Of a stretch of 64,000 nucleotides of DNA, positions 1 through 9,369 are shown piece after piece. Under the pieces are notes generated by a model. The model had not been told where the DNA came from and did no database searches. It saw nothing but the letters and a program-made list of their open reading frames with translations. Where the stretch lies: the NCBI GenBank assembly GCA_965224245.1, contig OZ245046.1:2880001-2944000 (forward strand), in the 5' to 3' direction. The position numbers and the translations under genes are program-made. This DNA is from Candidatus Eiseniibacteriota bacterium (GTDB lineage Bacteria; Eisenbacteria; RBG-16-71-46; CAZAMP01). Each line of letters starts with the position of its first letter. Within the stretch, counting starts at the first letter, position 1.

Positions 1-176
1 GACGCGCCCGCAGGCGCCGTCGCCGCCGGCCCTAGCGACGCCTCGGACCGGCCGTCCGACCCGGACACCGCGCGACGAAACGACGCAATACGGGCAACGC
101 CCCCGCGACGTCCCTCGTAGTCGGCCTCCATCGAACATGCGTGCGTGCCCCCGGTCCGTTCCGACGCGAGGATTCC

Positions 177-956
177 ATGAACGTGATACCCCGAGACACG
201 ATCATCTCGACGCTTTCGTCCGCGCTCGAGCCGCTTCCGTACGTACACGCCGCCTGGCTCGGGGGAAGCGCCGCGTCCGGCCGCTCCGACGAGTGGTCCG
301 ACATCGACCTTCAGGTGGTCGTGGACGACGATCGAATCGAGGACGCGTACGACGCCGTGCATCGGGCGCTGGAGAGCCTGTCACCCATCCGGCACCGGCA
401 CCGGATGCCGACGCCCACGTGGCACGGCCACGAGCAGGAGCTGGTCGCGCTTCGTGATGCCGATCCGTGTCACTTCCTCGATCTCGTGCTGATCGCACGA
501 TCGAGCCGGAGCTGGTTCCTGGAGCCTGAGCGCCACGGAGCGGCGGTCGTCCTGTTCGACAAGGCCGAGCTCGTGAAGCCGGCGCCGTTCGACCGCGACG
601 CGCACTGCGAGAAGATGGCGGCCCGGCTGGAGGTCCTGCGGACCACGTTTCCGCTGCTCCAGAACCTCGTGACGAAGGCCGTCCGCCGGGGAGCGGCCGC
701 GGATGCCGTTCAGTCGTATCTGAGCTTCACGCTGCGGCCCCTGGTGGAGCTGCTCCGGATGCGCCACGCGCCGGACATGTACGACTTCGGCCTTCGCTAT
801 CTGGACCGCGACCTGCCGGACGCCCTTCGTGCGGAGATCGAGCGCCTGGCGCTGCCCCCGGCGGTGGACGACGTGGAGACGTTCCGACAGCGTGCCGAAG
901 CGCTCTTCCAGGCGACTCTCCGGGCACACGACGACGGCACCTGGCGCATCCGCTGA
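177..956 (+). CDS. Nucleotidyltransferase domain protein (Pol-beta/MNT fold plus helical C-terminal domain)
   Basis: GGSAASGRSDEWSDIDL matches the GS...DxD NTase motif; GAGGA RBS before ATG 177. Confidence 0.75.
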   Translation: MNVIPRDTIISTLSSALEPLPYVHAAWLGGSAASGRSDEWSDIDLQVVVDDDRIEDAYDAVHRALESLSPIRHRHRMPTPTWHGHEQELVALRDADPCHFLDLVLIARSSRSWFLEPERHGAAVVLFDKAELVKPAPFDRDAHCEKMAARLEVLRTTFPLLQNLVTKAVRRGAAADAVQSYLSFTLRPLVELLRMRHAPDMYDFGLRYLDRDLPDALRAEIERLALPPAVDDVETFRQRAEALFQATLRAHDDGTWRIR

Positions 957-961
957 CGACG

Positions 962-2680
962 CTATCGCACCAGCACGATCCGGCGAGCGGCCCTCGACGG
1001 CCCCGACCGGAGCTCGATCACGTACGTCCCCGACGCGACGGCGCTGCCCGCGTCGTCGACGCCGTCCCACTCCACCGCGTGCTCGCCCCCTCCGATCCAA
1101 CGGTCCTCGGCCAGCACGCGCACCAGGCGCCCGGCCGCGTCGAACACGCGCAGTGACGCCGGTGCGGCCGCCGCCGTCCGGATCGTGATCGTGGTCCGGG
1201 GATTGAACGGGTTCGGGCGGCTCGACAGCGCGACGGCGATGGCGACGGGCGGCGCCGGCACGGCCAGCGGCTCGCCTTCCACGACCGTGATCCGCTGGTT
1301 CGCGGGCAGGTCGACGTGCACGTCGACGATGCCCGACGGCCAGGTCACGATCAGCGAGTCGACTGTCGCCGCCGTGCCGAGGCCGAACGACTGCGTCATG
1401 AAGCTCTGAGACACGTACGAGGTTCCCGGCACGACGTCGCGGATCTGGCTCGTCTCCCCGGTCACCGCCCGGAGGCGTGTCCCCACGCCCGAGCGATTCG
1501 ACACCGTCCCCACGACGTCGACCTGGAGCCAGCCGCCGGTCTCGCCGTCGTTGCGAAAGAGCTTGTTGGGCTGGAGCTCGTTGGCCAGGTACAGGTCGAG
1601 ATCGCCGTCGCCGTCGTAGTCGGCCCAGGCCGCACCTTCGCCCGAGCTCGCGTCGCCCAGGGGTGGCACCGTCACGTCGACGAGCACGCCGTCGTCGTTC
1701 CGGAAGAGCTTGTTGGCGGTCAACAGCGCGTTCGACGAGTACAGGTCGAGATCGCCGTCGTAGTCGAAGTCGCCCCACGCGCCGCTGCGGCTGAGCGCGG
1801 TGTCGGCCAGCGCCGGCGTCGTGATGTCGACGAACACGTCCCCGTCGTTCCGGAAGAAGCGGTTGGCGGCACCGCCGTTGGTCACGTAGAGATCCAGATC
1901 TCCGTCGTTCTCGACGTCGGCCCAGGATCCGCCGTAGCTCGGGGAGGGGTCGTCGATCGGACCGGCGGTGACCTCGACGAAGACGCCGCCGTCGTTGCGA
2001 TGGAGCCGGTTCCCGGCCGATCGGTTGGCGAGGTAGATGTCGAGGTCGCCGTCGTTGTCGTAGTCGGCGATGGCCACGCCGCGCGTCTGCTCGTCGTCGT
2101 CGAGCGGGGGAACGGTGACGTCGACGAAGACGTCGCCGCCCTCGTTGCGGAACAGGTGGTTGATGTCGGGCGATCCGATGTTGCCGAGATAGAAGTCCAC
2201 CCGGCCGTCCCCGTCGTAGTCCAGCCACGAGCCCGAGTACCCGAGCCCGACGTCGTCGAGCGGTGGTGCGGTGACGTCGACGAAGTCGCCGTCGTCATTG
2301 CGGATGAGACGGTTCCCGGGTCCGCGGTTGACGAGGTACACGTCGAGATCACCGTCGTTGTCGATGTCGCACCACGAGGCGACGCGGGTGCGGCCGGTGT
2401 TCCCGAGAGGACCGGTGGTCACGTCCACGAACGTGCCGGCGTCGTTCCGGAACAGGTTGTTGGCCTGGTTGTCGTTGGAGACGTAGAGATCGGGATCTCC
2501 GTCGCCGTCGACGTCCGCCCACGAGACGCCGTAGCTCGCATCGGGTGCGGCCAGGAGAGCCGGCGTCACGTCCACGAAGACCGGGTCGGCGGCATGGGAC
2601 AGCGATGCGCTCACCGTCAGCGTGAGCGCCGCCCGGGCGAGCGAGGACGCATGGTGACGATCGAGCCGCTGCAATCTCAC
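962..2680 (-). CDS. Secreted FG-GAP/VCBS repeat protein (CRTAC1/ASPIC-UnbV-like) with C-terminal FlgD-Ig/T9SS-CTD-like domain
   Basis: Signal peptide; seven DxDxDGDxDLY repeats with NxLFRND; ASPIC/UnbV-like GVGTRLR...SFGLG...WPSG; tail PNPFNPRT...VFDAAGRLVR...WDGVDDAG...GTY. Confidence 0.85.
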   Translation of the reverse strand: MRLQRLDRHHASSLARAALTLTVSASLSHAADPVFVDVTPALLAAPDASYGVSWADVDGDGDPDLYVSNDNQANNLFRNDAGTFVDVTTGPLGNTGRTRVASWCDIDNDGDLDVYLVNRGPGNRLIRNDDGDFVDVTAPPLDDVGLGYSGSWLDYDGDGRVDFYLGNIGSPDINHLFRNEGGDVFVDVTVPPLDDDEQTRGVAIADYDNDGDLDIYLANRSAGNRLHRNDGGVFVEVTAGPIDDPSPSYGGSWADVENDGDLDLYVTNGGAANRFFRNDGDVFVDITTPALADTALSRSGAWGDFDYDGDLDLYSSNALLTANKLFRNDDGVLVDVTVPPLGDASSGEGAAWADYDGDGDLDLYLANELQPNKLFRNDGETGGWLQVDVVGTVSNRSGVGTRLRAVTGETSQIRDVVPGTSYVSQSFMTQSFGLGTAATVDSLIVTWPSGIVDVHVDLPANQRITVVEGEPLAVPAPPVAIAVALSSRPNPFNPRTTITIRTAAAAPASLRVFDAAGRLVRVLAEDRWIGGGEHAVEWDGVDDAGSAVASGTYVIELRSGPSRAARRIVLVR

Positions 2681-2785
2681 AGGTGGGCCTCGCTTCCTGC
2701 ATCGCGTGATGAGCGTCCCGGCGGTCTCGCACGTCCCGCACGAGCGGCGCTATCCCCTGCCGCGCCCCCGAGAGAGGCGGGCTTG

Positions 2786-2814
2786 ATTATAGCGTTGGTG
2801 TGATAGTTCGGGAA
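2786..2814 (-). promoter_or_regulatory. Putative sigma70 promoter for the FG-GAP gene
   Basis: Minus strand TTCCCG-17 nt-TATAAT (perfect -10 at 2786-2791) in an AT-richer patch about 105 bp upstream of the start. Confidence 0.5.
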
Positions 2815-2847
2815 ACCGGGGGCATGCGGCGCTCAGCGCCGAGGGCG

Positions 2848-5052
2848 TCAGTTCTCGCTGGGCTCACCGGCGCCGGCCCCGGTGGCCTGACGGATCGCGA
2901 CACCGAGCGCGTCGCGGGCGAACGGCTTGGCCAGGAAGACCGCGTTGGCCCGGCTCGCGTCGGCGGCGTGGCTGGGATCCCCCGAGATGAGCACGGCGGG
3001 AAGTCCCTCCCGCCGCGCCCTCAGCTCCTCGACGAGATCCAGGCCGCTCGACGGCGTCAGCCGCACGTCCGAGATCAGGATGTCGATTCCGTCGATTCCC
3101 TCGTCGGCGATCGCGCGCGCCTGATCCACCGAGCCGGCATCGATCACGTCGTACGACAGGTCGAGCAGAAGACGCCGCGTGATCGATCGGACCACGCGAT
3201 CGTCCTCGACGAGCAGGACGCACTTCCGGGGTCGCGAGACGGTCGGCGCCTCGGCACGGCGGCTCGGGGGCGCGTCGATCTCCGTCGTGGGAAGCGAGAT
3301 CCGGAACGTGGTGCCGGTTCCCGGGTGGCTCGTGACCGTGATGCGACCACCGCTCTGGAGCACGATCCCGTGTACGATCGAGAGCCCGAGACCGGCCCCT
3401 CCGGGCCGGCTGGTGTGGAAGGGCTCGAACACCCGGGCCAGGAGATCCGCCGGAATCCCCTCGCCCGTGTCGGAGACGTCGAGCACGACACGCTCGGCGG
3501 ATCCACGCGAGCGGTCGACGTGCTCGCGGACGACCGCGGTCCGGATCGTGATGGTGCCGCCGTCGGGCATGGCCTCGCCGGCATTGATCACGAGATTCAC
3601 GACCGCATGCGTGAGCTCGCGCCAGTCCCCCGACACGGCCGGCAGCGCGTCGTCCAGCTCGAGCTCGAGACGGCAGTCGTCGGGAACCAGCCGCTTCAGA
3701 ACCGGGCGCGCCTCGCGCACCAGCGCATTCAGATCGATCCGTTCGCGGTGTAGCCGCTGTCGCTGCCCGAACGCCAGCAGCCGCGCCGTCAGCGTTCCCG
3801 CGTTCTCCGCGGCGGCCAGGACGGGCTCGAGGTCCGCGCGCACGTCATCGCCGACGTCGGGACGGCTCAGCGCGAGCTCGGCCCCGCTCCGGATCACCGT
3901 CATCACGTTGCTGAAGTCCTGCGCGACCCCCACCGCCATGCGCCCGAGCGCCTCCATCCGCTGCTTGTCGGCCAGCTGCTGGCTGGACATGAGCACCGCG
4001 ACGCGATCGGAGACCGCCCCCAGGCGGCGCCGGACCGCCGCATCGCGGGCGATCAGAAGGCCCACGAGGGCGAGCACGCCCGCGCACACGACGGCCATCC
4101 CGATCGTGTCCCCCGCGCCCCGGAAGATGCCCAGCGACCAGCTCGCGAGCGCCGCGGCGGGCAGGAGCACGGCGTAGAGGTGCAGCATCCCCGAGCGGAC
4201 GACCCAGGCTTGCGTGTCGTCGAGCTCGCTCCAGGCGTCGGCCGGCGACGGTTCCGGCACCTGGCGGGGCGACGTGGTCGGCACCGACATCAACAGCGCG
4301 AGGTGCGGCACATAGTACGCCAGGTCCAGAAGCGTCCCCCCGGGAAAGCCGATCCCCGTGGCGTACCAGAGACCATCGAGGGCATCCAGCACGCACCAGC
4401 ATGCGGCCGCGGTGCCGATGCCCCGGTACGGTCGAACCCACGCGGGATCGGTCACGCGCCGTCCGAGTCCGATGAAGCGCACGGCGATGATGATGTCCAG
4501 CGCGACGAACGAGGCGAACGCCGGGATGCACAGCTCGTCGGTCCCCGGAGATACGATCGCCGGCACCACCGCGAAGTACCCGATGAGCGAGAACACGAAC
4601 ACGGCCGTTCCCAGACGCCAGTAGCGATGCGACACCGACGTCTCGGTCCAGCCGGGTCGGCCGTGCGGGCGCTCCTCGGGCGCCAGGAGCAGACCCAGGT
4701 AGAACAGCGCGTACAGGCCGTCGCCGAACAGCTTGGAGGGCATCGAGGGACCGCCGTCGATCGCGAACACGATGGACGCCCCCACGAGCGCCACCAGCGC
4801 CCCCAGAACGAGCGCCCAGAACGTGTTGCCCTCGCGGTGCAGCCGCAGCCGTGCCGTCCGGCGCGCGATGACGATGACCACGAACACGGCCACCGGCAGC
4901 TCGAGATAGACCTCCGAGCCCCAGGCCAGCTCGGGGCTCGGCCAGGCGAGCAGGACGATCCCGAGGACGGCCATGTACGCGAGCACGACGAGCACGGCCG
5001 GATCCCGCACGACGCGGCTCCAACGCATCTCGACTCCAGATGGAGCGCTCAC
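2848..5052 (-). CDS. Multi-TM hybrid sensor kinase (HisKA-HATPase-REC) with H-box His replaced by Gln
   Basis: About 9 hydrophobic segments; GRMAVGVAQDFSN H-box; NLVINA, DTGEGI, GAGLGL boxes; C-terminal REC (VEDD, ISD, KPF). Start may be ATG 5028. Confidence 0.85.
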   Translation of the reverse strand: MSAPSGVEMRWSRVVRDPAVLVVLAYMAVLGIVLLAWPSPELAWGSEVYLELPVAVFVVIVIARRTARLRLHREGNTFWALVLGALVALVGASIVFAIDGGPSMPSKLFGDGLYALFYLGLLLAPEERPHGRPGWTETSVSHRYWRLGTAVFVFSLIGYFAVVPAIVSPGTDELCIPAFASFVALDIIIAVRFIGLGRRVTDPAWVRPYRGIGTAAACWCVLDALDGLWYATGIGFPGGTLLDLAYYVPHLALLMSVPTTSPRQVPEPSPADAWSELDDTQAWVVRSGMLHLYAVLLPAAALASWSLGIFRGAGDTIGMAVVCAGVLALVGLLIARDAAVRRRLGAVSDRVAVLMSSQQLADKQRMEALGRMAVGVAQDFSNVMTVIRSGAELALSRPDVGDDVRADLEPVLAAAENAGTLTARLLAFGQRQRLHRERIDLNALVREARPVLKRLVPDDCRLELELDDALPAVSGDWRELTHAVVNLVINAGEAMPDGGTITIRTAVVREHVDRSRGSAERVVLDVSDTGEGIPADLLARVFEPFHTSRPGGAGLGLSIVHGIVLQSGGRITVTSHPGTGTTFRISLPTTEIDAPPSRRAEAPTVSRPRKCVLLVEDDRVVRSITRRLLLDLSYDVIDAGSVDQARAIADEGIDGIDILISDVRLTPSSGLDLVEELRARREGLPAVLISGDPSHAADASRANAVFLAKPFARDALGVAIRQATGAGAGEPSEN

Positions 5053-5152
5053 GCGAGGCGGCGCTCGAGGGTGTTGGGAATGAGGGAGCGACGACGCTCG
5101 GCATTATCCGGGCTGTGCCGAGCGCCGTCAATGCGGGACGGGCGGTCGTGCG

Positions 5153-6274
5153 TCACCGGAGCACGTGGATGTTCTTCGCCGCGCAGATTTCCCGCAGGCG
5201 CTCGGGCCAGATCGTGACACTGACCTCGCCCAGATGGGCCTTGCGCAGGAGCTGCATGTACACGCGCGACTGTCCGATCCCCCCGCCGATGCTGAGCGGG
5301 ATCTCGTCGTTCAGGATCATCTGGTGATACGGCATGTCCAGGAAGTGCATCTGCTCGGTGATCTCGAGCTGCTTTCGCAGCGTCTCCTTGGTGACCCGGA
5401 TGCCCATGGACGTCAGCTCGTGGCGCCGCTTCGTGACCGGGTTCCAGACGAGAATGTCCCCGTTCAGCCCGTGCATCGGGCGTCCGTCGACCGAGCGCGT
5501 CTCGGTGACCCAGTCGTCGTAGTCGGCGGCGCGCATCTCGTGGGGATAGCCGTCGGCGAGCGTCCACCCGATGCCGTAGATGAAGACCGCGGGGTGCTCC
5601 TGCAGGATCGCGGTCTCCCGCTGCTTGCGCGGCAGATCCGGGAATCGCGCGAGGAGATCCTCGGCGTGAATGAACGTGAGCTCCTCGGGAAGCGACGGGA
5701 AGCCGGCCAGCTGGGGGTACATCTCGAGCGCCAGCTTCTCGGCCCCGGTCAGGACGCGCCAGATCGCCTTCACGGTGTCGGTGAGAAAGCCCAGGTTGCG
5801 CTGGTCGGCGGTGATGACCTTCTCCCAGTCCCACTGATCCACGTAGGAGCTGTGATCGTGATCCAGGAAGTAGTCCTTGCGCACCGCGCGCATGTCGGTG
5901 CAGAGGCCCTCGCCGACACCGCATCCGTACTGCTCGAGCGCCCACCGTTTCCACTTCGTGACGGCCTGAACGATCTGGGCGTCGATGCGCCTGTCGAGCC
6001 CCAGGCCGGCCGTGAAGTCGATCGGCGTGCGCGAGCCGTCTCGATCGAGGTAGTCGTTCATGCCACTGTCCCGCTCCACGATCAGCGGGCACTGCACCAT
6101 CATCAGGTTCAGCTCGGCGGACAGGTTCTCCTCGATGTACGACTTGACCGCGTAGAGCGCCCGCATCGTCTCGCGCGGGGTCAGGAGCGCCTCGTAGCTC
6201 GTGGGCAGGATCGCGTCGACGGCCTCGTACGTGCTCACGCCCGGCCCGGCGAGGTCGGCCACCTTGCTCGACAT
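5153..6274 (-). CDS. asnA: Aspartate--ammonia ligase
   Basis: TKWKRWAL, GLCTDMRAVRKD, HSSYVDQWDWEKVI, RAADYDDW, GLNGDILVWN, SMGIRV, SIGGGIGQSR. Confidence 0.95.
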   Translation of the reverse strand: MSSKVADLAGPGVSTYEAVDAILPTSYEALLTPRETMRALYAVKSYIEENLSAELNLMMVQCPLIVERDSGMNDYLDRDGSRTPIDFTAGLGLDRRIDAQIVQAVTKWKRWALEQYGCGVGEGLCTDMRAVRKDYFLDHDHSSYVDQWDWEKVITADQRNLGFLTDTVKAIWRVLTGAEKLALEMYPQLAGFPSLPEELTFIHAEDLLARFPDLPRKQRETAILQEHPAVFIYGIGWTLADGYPHEMRAADYDDWVTETRSVDGRPMHGLNGDILVWNPVTKRRHELTSMGIRVTKETLRKQLEITEQMHFLDMPYHQMILNDEIPLSIGGGIGQSRVYMQLLRKAHLGEVSVTIWPERLREICAAKNIHVLR

Positions 6275-6417
6275 GTAAACCTCCGGGGATGACCGGGAGG
6301 AGTCCCGCCACGGGCGCGGCGAGCCCCGGCCGGTTTTGGAATCAGCCGATCGAGGCTACGCACGCGTCCAGATCGTGACCATCAGGGATTCCCGAATGGG
6401 ACGGCGGGCGAACGGGA

Positions 6418-6801
6418 TCAGCTCGGCGCGGCCAGTGACTGCGCCAGCATGAACGTGTTCCCATCCGGGTCGAAGAACGTGGCCAGTCGGACCATCTCGG
6501 GGATCGTCATCGTGTCCCCGTCGAACCGGACGTCCTTCGCCTCGAGCGCGCGACGCGTGGCGTCGATGTCGGTCACGCCCCAGGTCAGGGTCGCGCCGCC
6601 CTTCACCTCGGGGGTCTCCACCTGGGAGAGCCCGATCGACACGTCGGCCACCGGGGAGGACAGCTCGCACCAGCCCATCTCGTCGACCGAGTACAGCAGC
6701 GTGAAGCCCAGGACGTTTCGATACCACTCGATCGAACGCTGGAGATCGGCGCACTGCATCGCGCACGTGACGTCGCCCTTGAACCCGAGATCCGCGCTCA
6801 T
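6418..6801 (-). CDS. VOC/glyoxalase family protein
   Basis: DLQRSIEWYRNVLGF ... FFDPDGNTFML; 127 aa; AAGGAG upstream. Confidence 0.9.
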   Translation of the reverse strand: MSADLGFKGDVTCAMQCADLQRSIEWYRNVLGFTLLYSVDEMGWCELSSPVADVSIGLSQVETPEVKGGATLTWGVTDIDATRRALEAKDVRFDGDTMTIPEMVRLATFFDPDGNTFMLAQSLAAPS

Positions 6802-6844
6802 CCATGACTCCTTTCGGCACGGTGGAATCGGCCCTTGAGACTGA

Positions 6845-6863
6845 AAGTATACTTGATATACTT
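6845..6863. promoter_or_regulatory. Perfect 7-5-7 inverted repeat AAGTATA-CTTGA-TATACTT, likely HxlR/DUF24-family operator
   Basis: AT-rich palindrome between divergent VOC and HxlR genes; contains GTATA-N5-TATAC. Confidence 0.7.
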
Positions 6864-6903
6864 ACACTCGTCAATCGCCCGTGCCCGTCCACGAGGGGGC
6901 GCT

Positions 6904-7446
6904 CTGGAGGCGCTGTTCCATCATCGCTGGAGCCTGCCGGTGCTCGCCGCGCTCGCCGCCCGGGGCGGCGGGGCGAAGCTCGTCACGCTCCACAGGTCGC
7001 TCGGCGCGAGCCGCGACGCGATCCGGCGCACGCTGGCCGGACTCGTCGCGATCGGTCTGGTCGCCCCGAATCCCGGTTACGGGCACCCCATGCGCCCCGA
7101 ATACGTGCTGACCCCGGCGGGACGCACGATCGCCCCGGCGGCCGCCGCGCTGGCGAACGTCCTCGCCGACACCGACCTCGAGGACGTCGGTCTCCGGAAG
7201 TGGTCCCTCACGGTGCTCGGGGCGGTCGCAGCGGGACAGCGACGGTTCAATCGGCTGCGCGACGCCCTGCCCCGCGTGAGTCCCCGGGCGCTCGCGACGT
7301 CGCTTCGCGACCTCCAGGACGCGGGACTCCTCGACCGCTACCTCGTCGACGCGGATCCACCCCACACCGAGTACGCGCCGACCGCGACCGCCCGTCGGCT
7401 GCTCCCGCTCCTGGACGCGCTGGACGACGCCTGGCACGCGGCGTGA
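6904..7446 (+). CDS. Winged-helix regulator with two tandem HxlR (DUF24) domains; start uncertain (ORF open from 6835)
   Basis: RWSLPVLAAL...EYVLTPAGR and KWSLTVLGAVAAGQRRFNRLRDALPRVSPRALATSLRDL...PPHTEYAPT. Confidence 0.8.
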   Translation: MEALFHHRWSLPVLAALAARGGGAKLVTLHRSLGASRDAIRRTLAGLVAIGLVAPNPGYGHPMRPEYVLTPAGRTIAPAAAALANVLADTDLEDVGLRKWSLTVLGAVAAGQRRFNRLRDALPRVSPRALATSLRDLQDAGLLDRYLVDADPPHTEYAPTATARRLLPLLDALDDAWHAA

Positions 7447-7457
7447 TTCGCGGGGCA

Positions 7458-8654
7458 CTAGAGCCCGGTGGAGAGTCCCAGGGGGAAGAACGGCGTGGCG
7501 TCGAAGCTGAGGCCGACCTGCACGTGCCGGTCGCGATCGAGCGACAGGAAGAAGCCGGGCGAGACGTCCCCGATCGACACGAGCCCCGGGTAGACGTTCA
7601 GGCGCACGTGCGCGTCCTCGCGGCGGGACAGGACCAGAGACGCCAGGAGCGAGTTGTTCCGGTCGTAGAAGAGCCCGGCCGACGGGGCGAGGTCCAGTGA
7701 TCGGATGCCGTCGGTCAGGTCGAAGATGTCCTTGGCCTGCCCGCCGAAGCCGAACGAGAACGCGTCACCGTTCTCCCACCGGCGCGAGAAGCCGAGTTCG
7801 CCGTGCGTCCCGAGATGGTAGAAGATGCTCCAGGAGCGTCCGATCGGGTACTTGAGCGCGAAGTTCTGCCCGTGGTTCTCCAGCGCGTTCGTCCGCGGAT
7901 CGTACGAGGCCTGATACGACCACTCGGCCATGTTCAACGTCCGGCCGAAGAAGCGAGCCACCGGGTCGTGGCTGAACAGGAGGATCCCGAGCGGATCGAA
8001 GATGTAGAGGTCGGCGATCGGGTCGGTCGTCCAGCCCACGTAGTCGTCGTTCTCCACGACCTCGTTCACCCCGTGATAGGCCACCATCGTCAGGACGGAC
8101 AGGGACTTCGAGTGCGGGTACCCGTGGTACCGAAACCACTCCTCGATCAGGCGATAGCTCATGCCTCCGCCGATCACGTGCAGGGTGTAGTTGGGCCAGT
8201 AGTGGGCCTTCTTCGTGCTGACGCTGACGGGCAGGATCTCGCGCTCGACGAAGTCGCCCCACCCGTTCGCCTCGATCGCGGAGATGGGATCGGTCAGGTT
8301 TCGCCAGACGTTCTCCAGCCCCGTCTCGTAGTCGACGGCCGAGAGGCGGTTGTCCCGGTTGTCGAAGCTCGTGATCCCGAAGCCGCCGTTGACGATGATG
8401 CGGAGCGGGTGAACCAGCGACTCGCTTCCATAGGGCCGCGCGTCGTAAAAGAAGTAGGGCTTCTCGCCCGCGGGCGGACGGACCGCCGACACCGGGGACC
8501 CGTCGCCCGGGGCCAGCTCCCGGACGCTGACCCCGGCGTCCTCCGACGCGGCGCCCCCGGGGGCCGGGGCCGGTCCGTCGGTGTCCGCGGTGCTGGCGAG
8601 CGGAAGGCAGAGGAGGGCCAGAGACGCCGGCAGAATCCACTGATGAAGCAACAT
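7458..8654 (-). CDS. Secreted hypothetical protein, possibly outer-membrane (aromatic/Gly-rich beta-strand C-terminal half)
   Basis: Signal peptide; 398 aa with host-like codon use; alternating beta-strand pattern at C-terminus. Confidence 0.65.
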   Translation of the reverse strand: MLLHQWILPASLALLCLPLASTADTDGPAPAPGGAASEDAGVSVRELAPGDGSPVSAVRPPAGEKPYFFYDARPYGSESLVHPLRIIVNGGFGITSFDNRDNRLSAVDYETGLENVWRNLTDPISAIEANGWGDFVEREILPVSVSTKKAHYWPNYTLHVIGGGMSYRLIEEWFRYHGYPHSKSLSVLTMVAYHGVNEVVENDDYVGWTTDPIADLYIFDPLGILLFSHDPVARFFGRTLNMAEWSYQASYDPRTNALENHGQNFALKYPIGRSWSIFYHLGTHGELGFSRRWENGDAFSFGFGGQAKDIFDLTDGIRSLDLAPSAGLFYDRNNSLLASLVLSRREDAHVRLNVYPGLVSIGDVSPGFFLSLDRDRHVQVGLSFDATPFFPLGLSTGL

Positions 8655-8717
8655 GCGCGGGACTCTAAGGCCACCCGCCCCGCGCTGTCCTCACAAATCG
8701 CGCGTCACCGGATCGTC

Positions 8718-9218
8718 TCAGTCGCCGGCATCCCGATCCGGGCGAGCGGGCGCGTCGGGCGGTGTGACCTCGAGCGGCCCGGCGTGCACGAGCCACGAGT
8801 CGCCGGCGTCGCTCTGCACACGGAGTCGAAGCCGAAACGCGTCGAACTCGGCCAGCTCCTCCGGCGCGCACGGCGCCATCGGGACCCACGTCGTGTCGCG
8901 GCCACCGGGCGCCAGCCGCGTCGGCAGCACGCGGATGCGCGAGCAGTCGGGCTCCTGGACAGCTCGCCAGGTCTCGCCGCGTCGTCCGTCGACGACGAGA
9001 CCGCACGCGATCGAGTACAGGAGCAGGGTCTCGGAGTCGTTGGCCACGACGACCCTCGCCGAATCGCCATACGCGTAGTGTGTCCGATCGGTCGACATCG
9101 TGACCGCCGCGGGCTCGGGCGACTCCTCGCCGCGCGTCGAGGTCGAGATCGCGATCAGCGAGGCCAGCGCCGCGATCCGCCACCCGCGGGTGATCCCGTG
9201 TGGACGACCATGCTCCAT
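8718..9218 (-). CDS. Secreted hypothetical protein (Ig-like, starts TDRTHYAYGD)
   Basis: GGAGGAG RBS before ATG 9218; hydrophobic signal-like segment; three Cys. Confidence 0.6.
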   Translation of the reverse strand: MEHGRPHGITRGWRIAALASLIAISTSTRGEESPEPAAVTMSTDRTHYAYGDSARVVVANDSETLLLYSIACGLVVDGRRGETWRAVQEPDCSRIRVLPTRLAPGGRDTTWVPMAPCAPEELAEFDAFRLRLRVQSDAGDSWLVHAGPLEVTPPDAPARPDRDAGD

Positions 9219-9369
9219 GACTCCTCCACGGATTCGTCGGAGATCCATCGAACGGACGTCCGAGGCGATCGCCGACCCGACTGCCCTGACAACCGCGGCC
9301 CCGGCCCTGAGTTCCACCCCACACGCTCGCGGGCGTCGGCTCCCTCCGACGGGACCGCGCCCGGCGCGC

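Noticed and set aside
177-956. Nucleotidyltransferase as MNT-HEPN toxin-antitoxin or CBASS-type defence gene
   Set aside because: No HEPN partner or effector gene is adjacent; size and motifs fit a stand-alone small-molecule NTase
381-2803. Long alternative-frame ORFs (e.g. 381-2228, 1316-2803; likewise 27199-29832, 36816-39788, 48955-51978)
   Set aside because: Arg/Ala/Gly/Pro-rich or antisense shadows of well-supported genes, expected at about 70% GC
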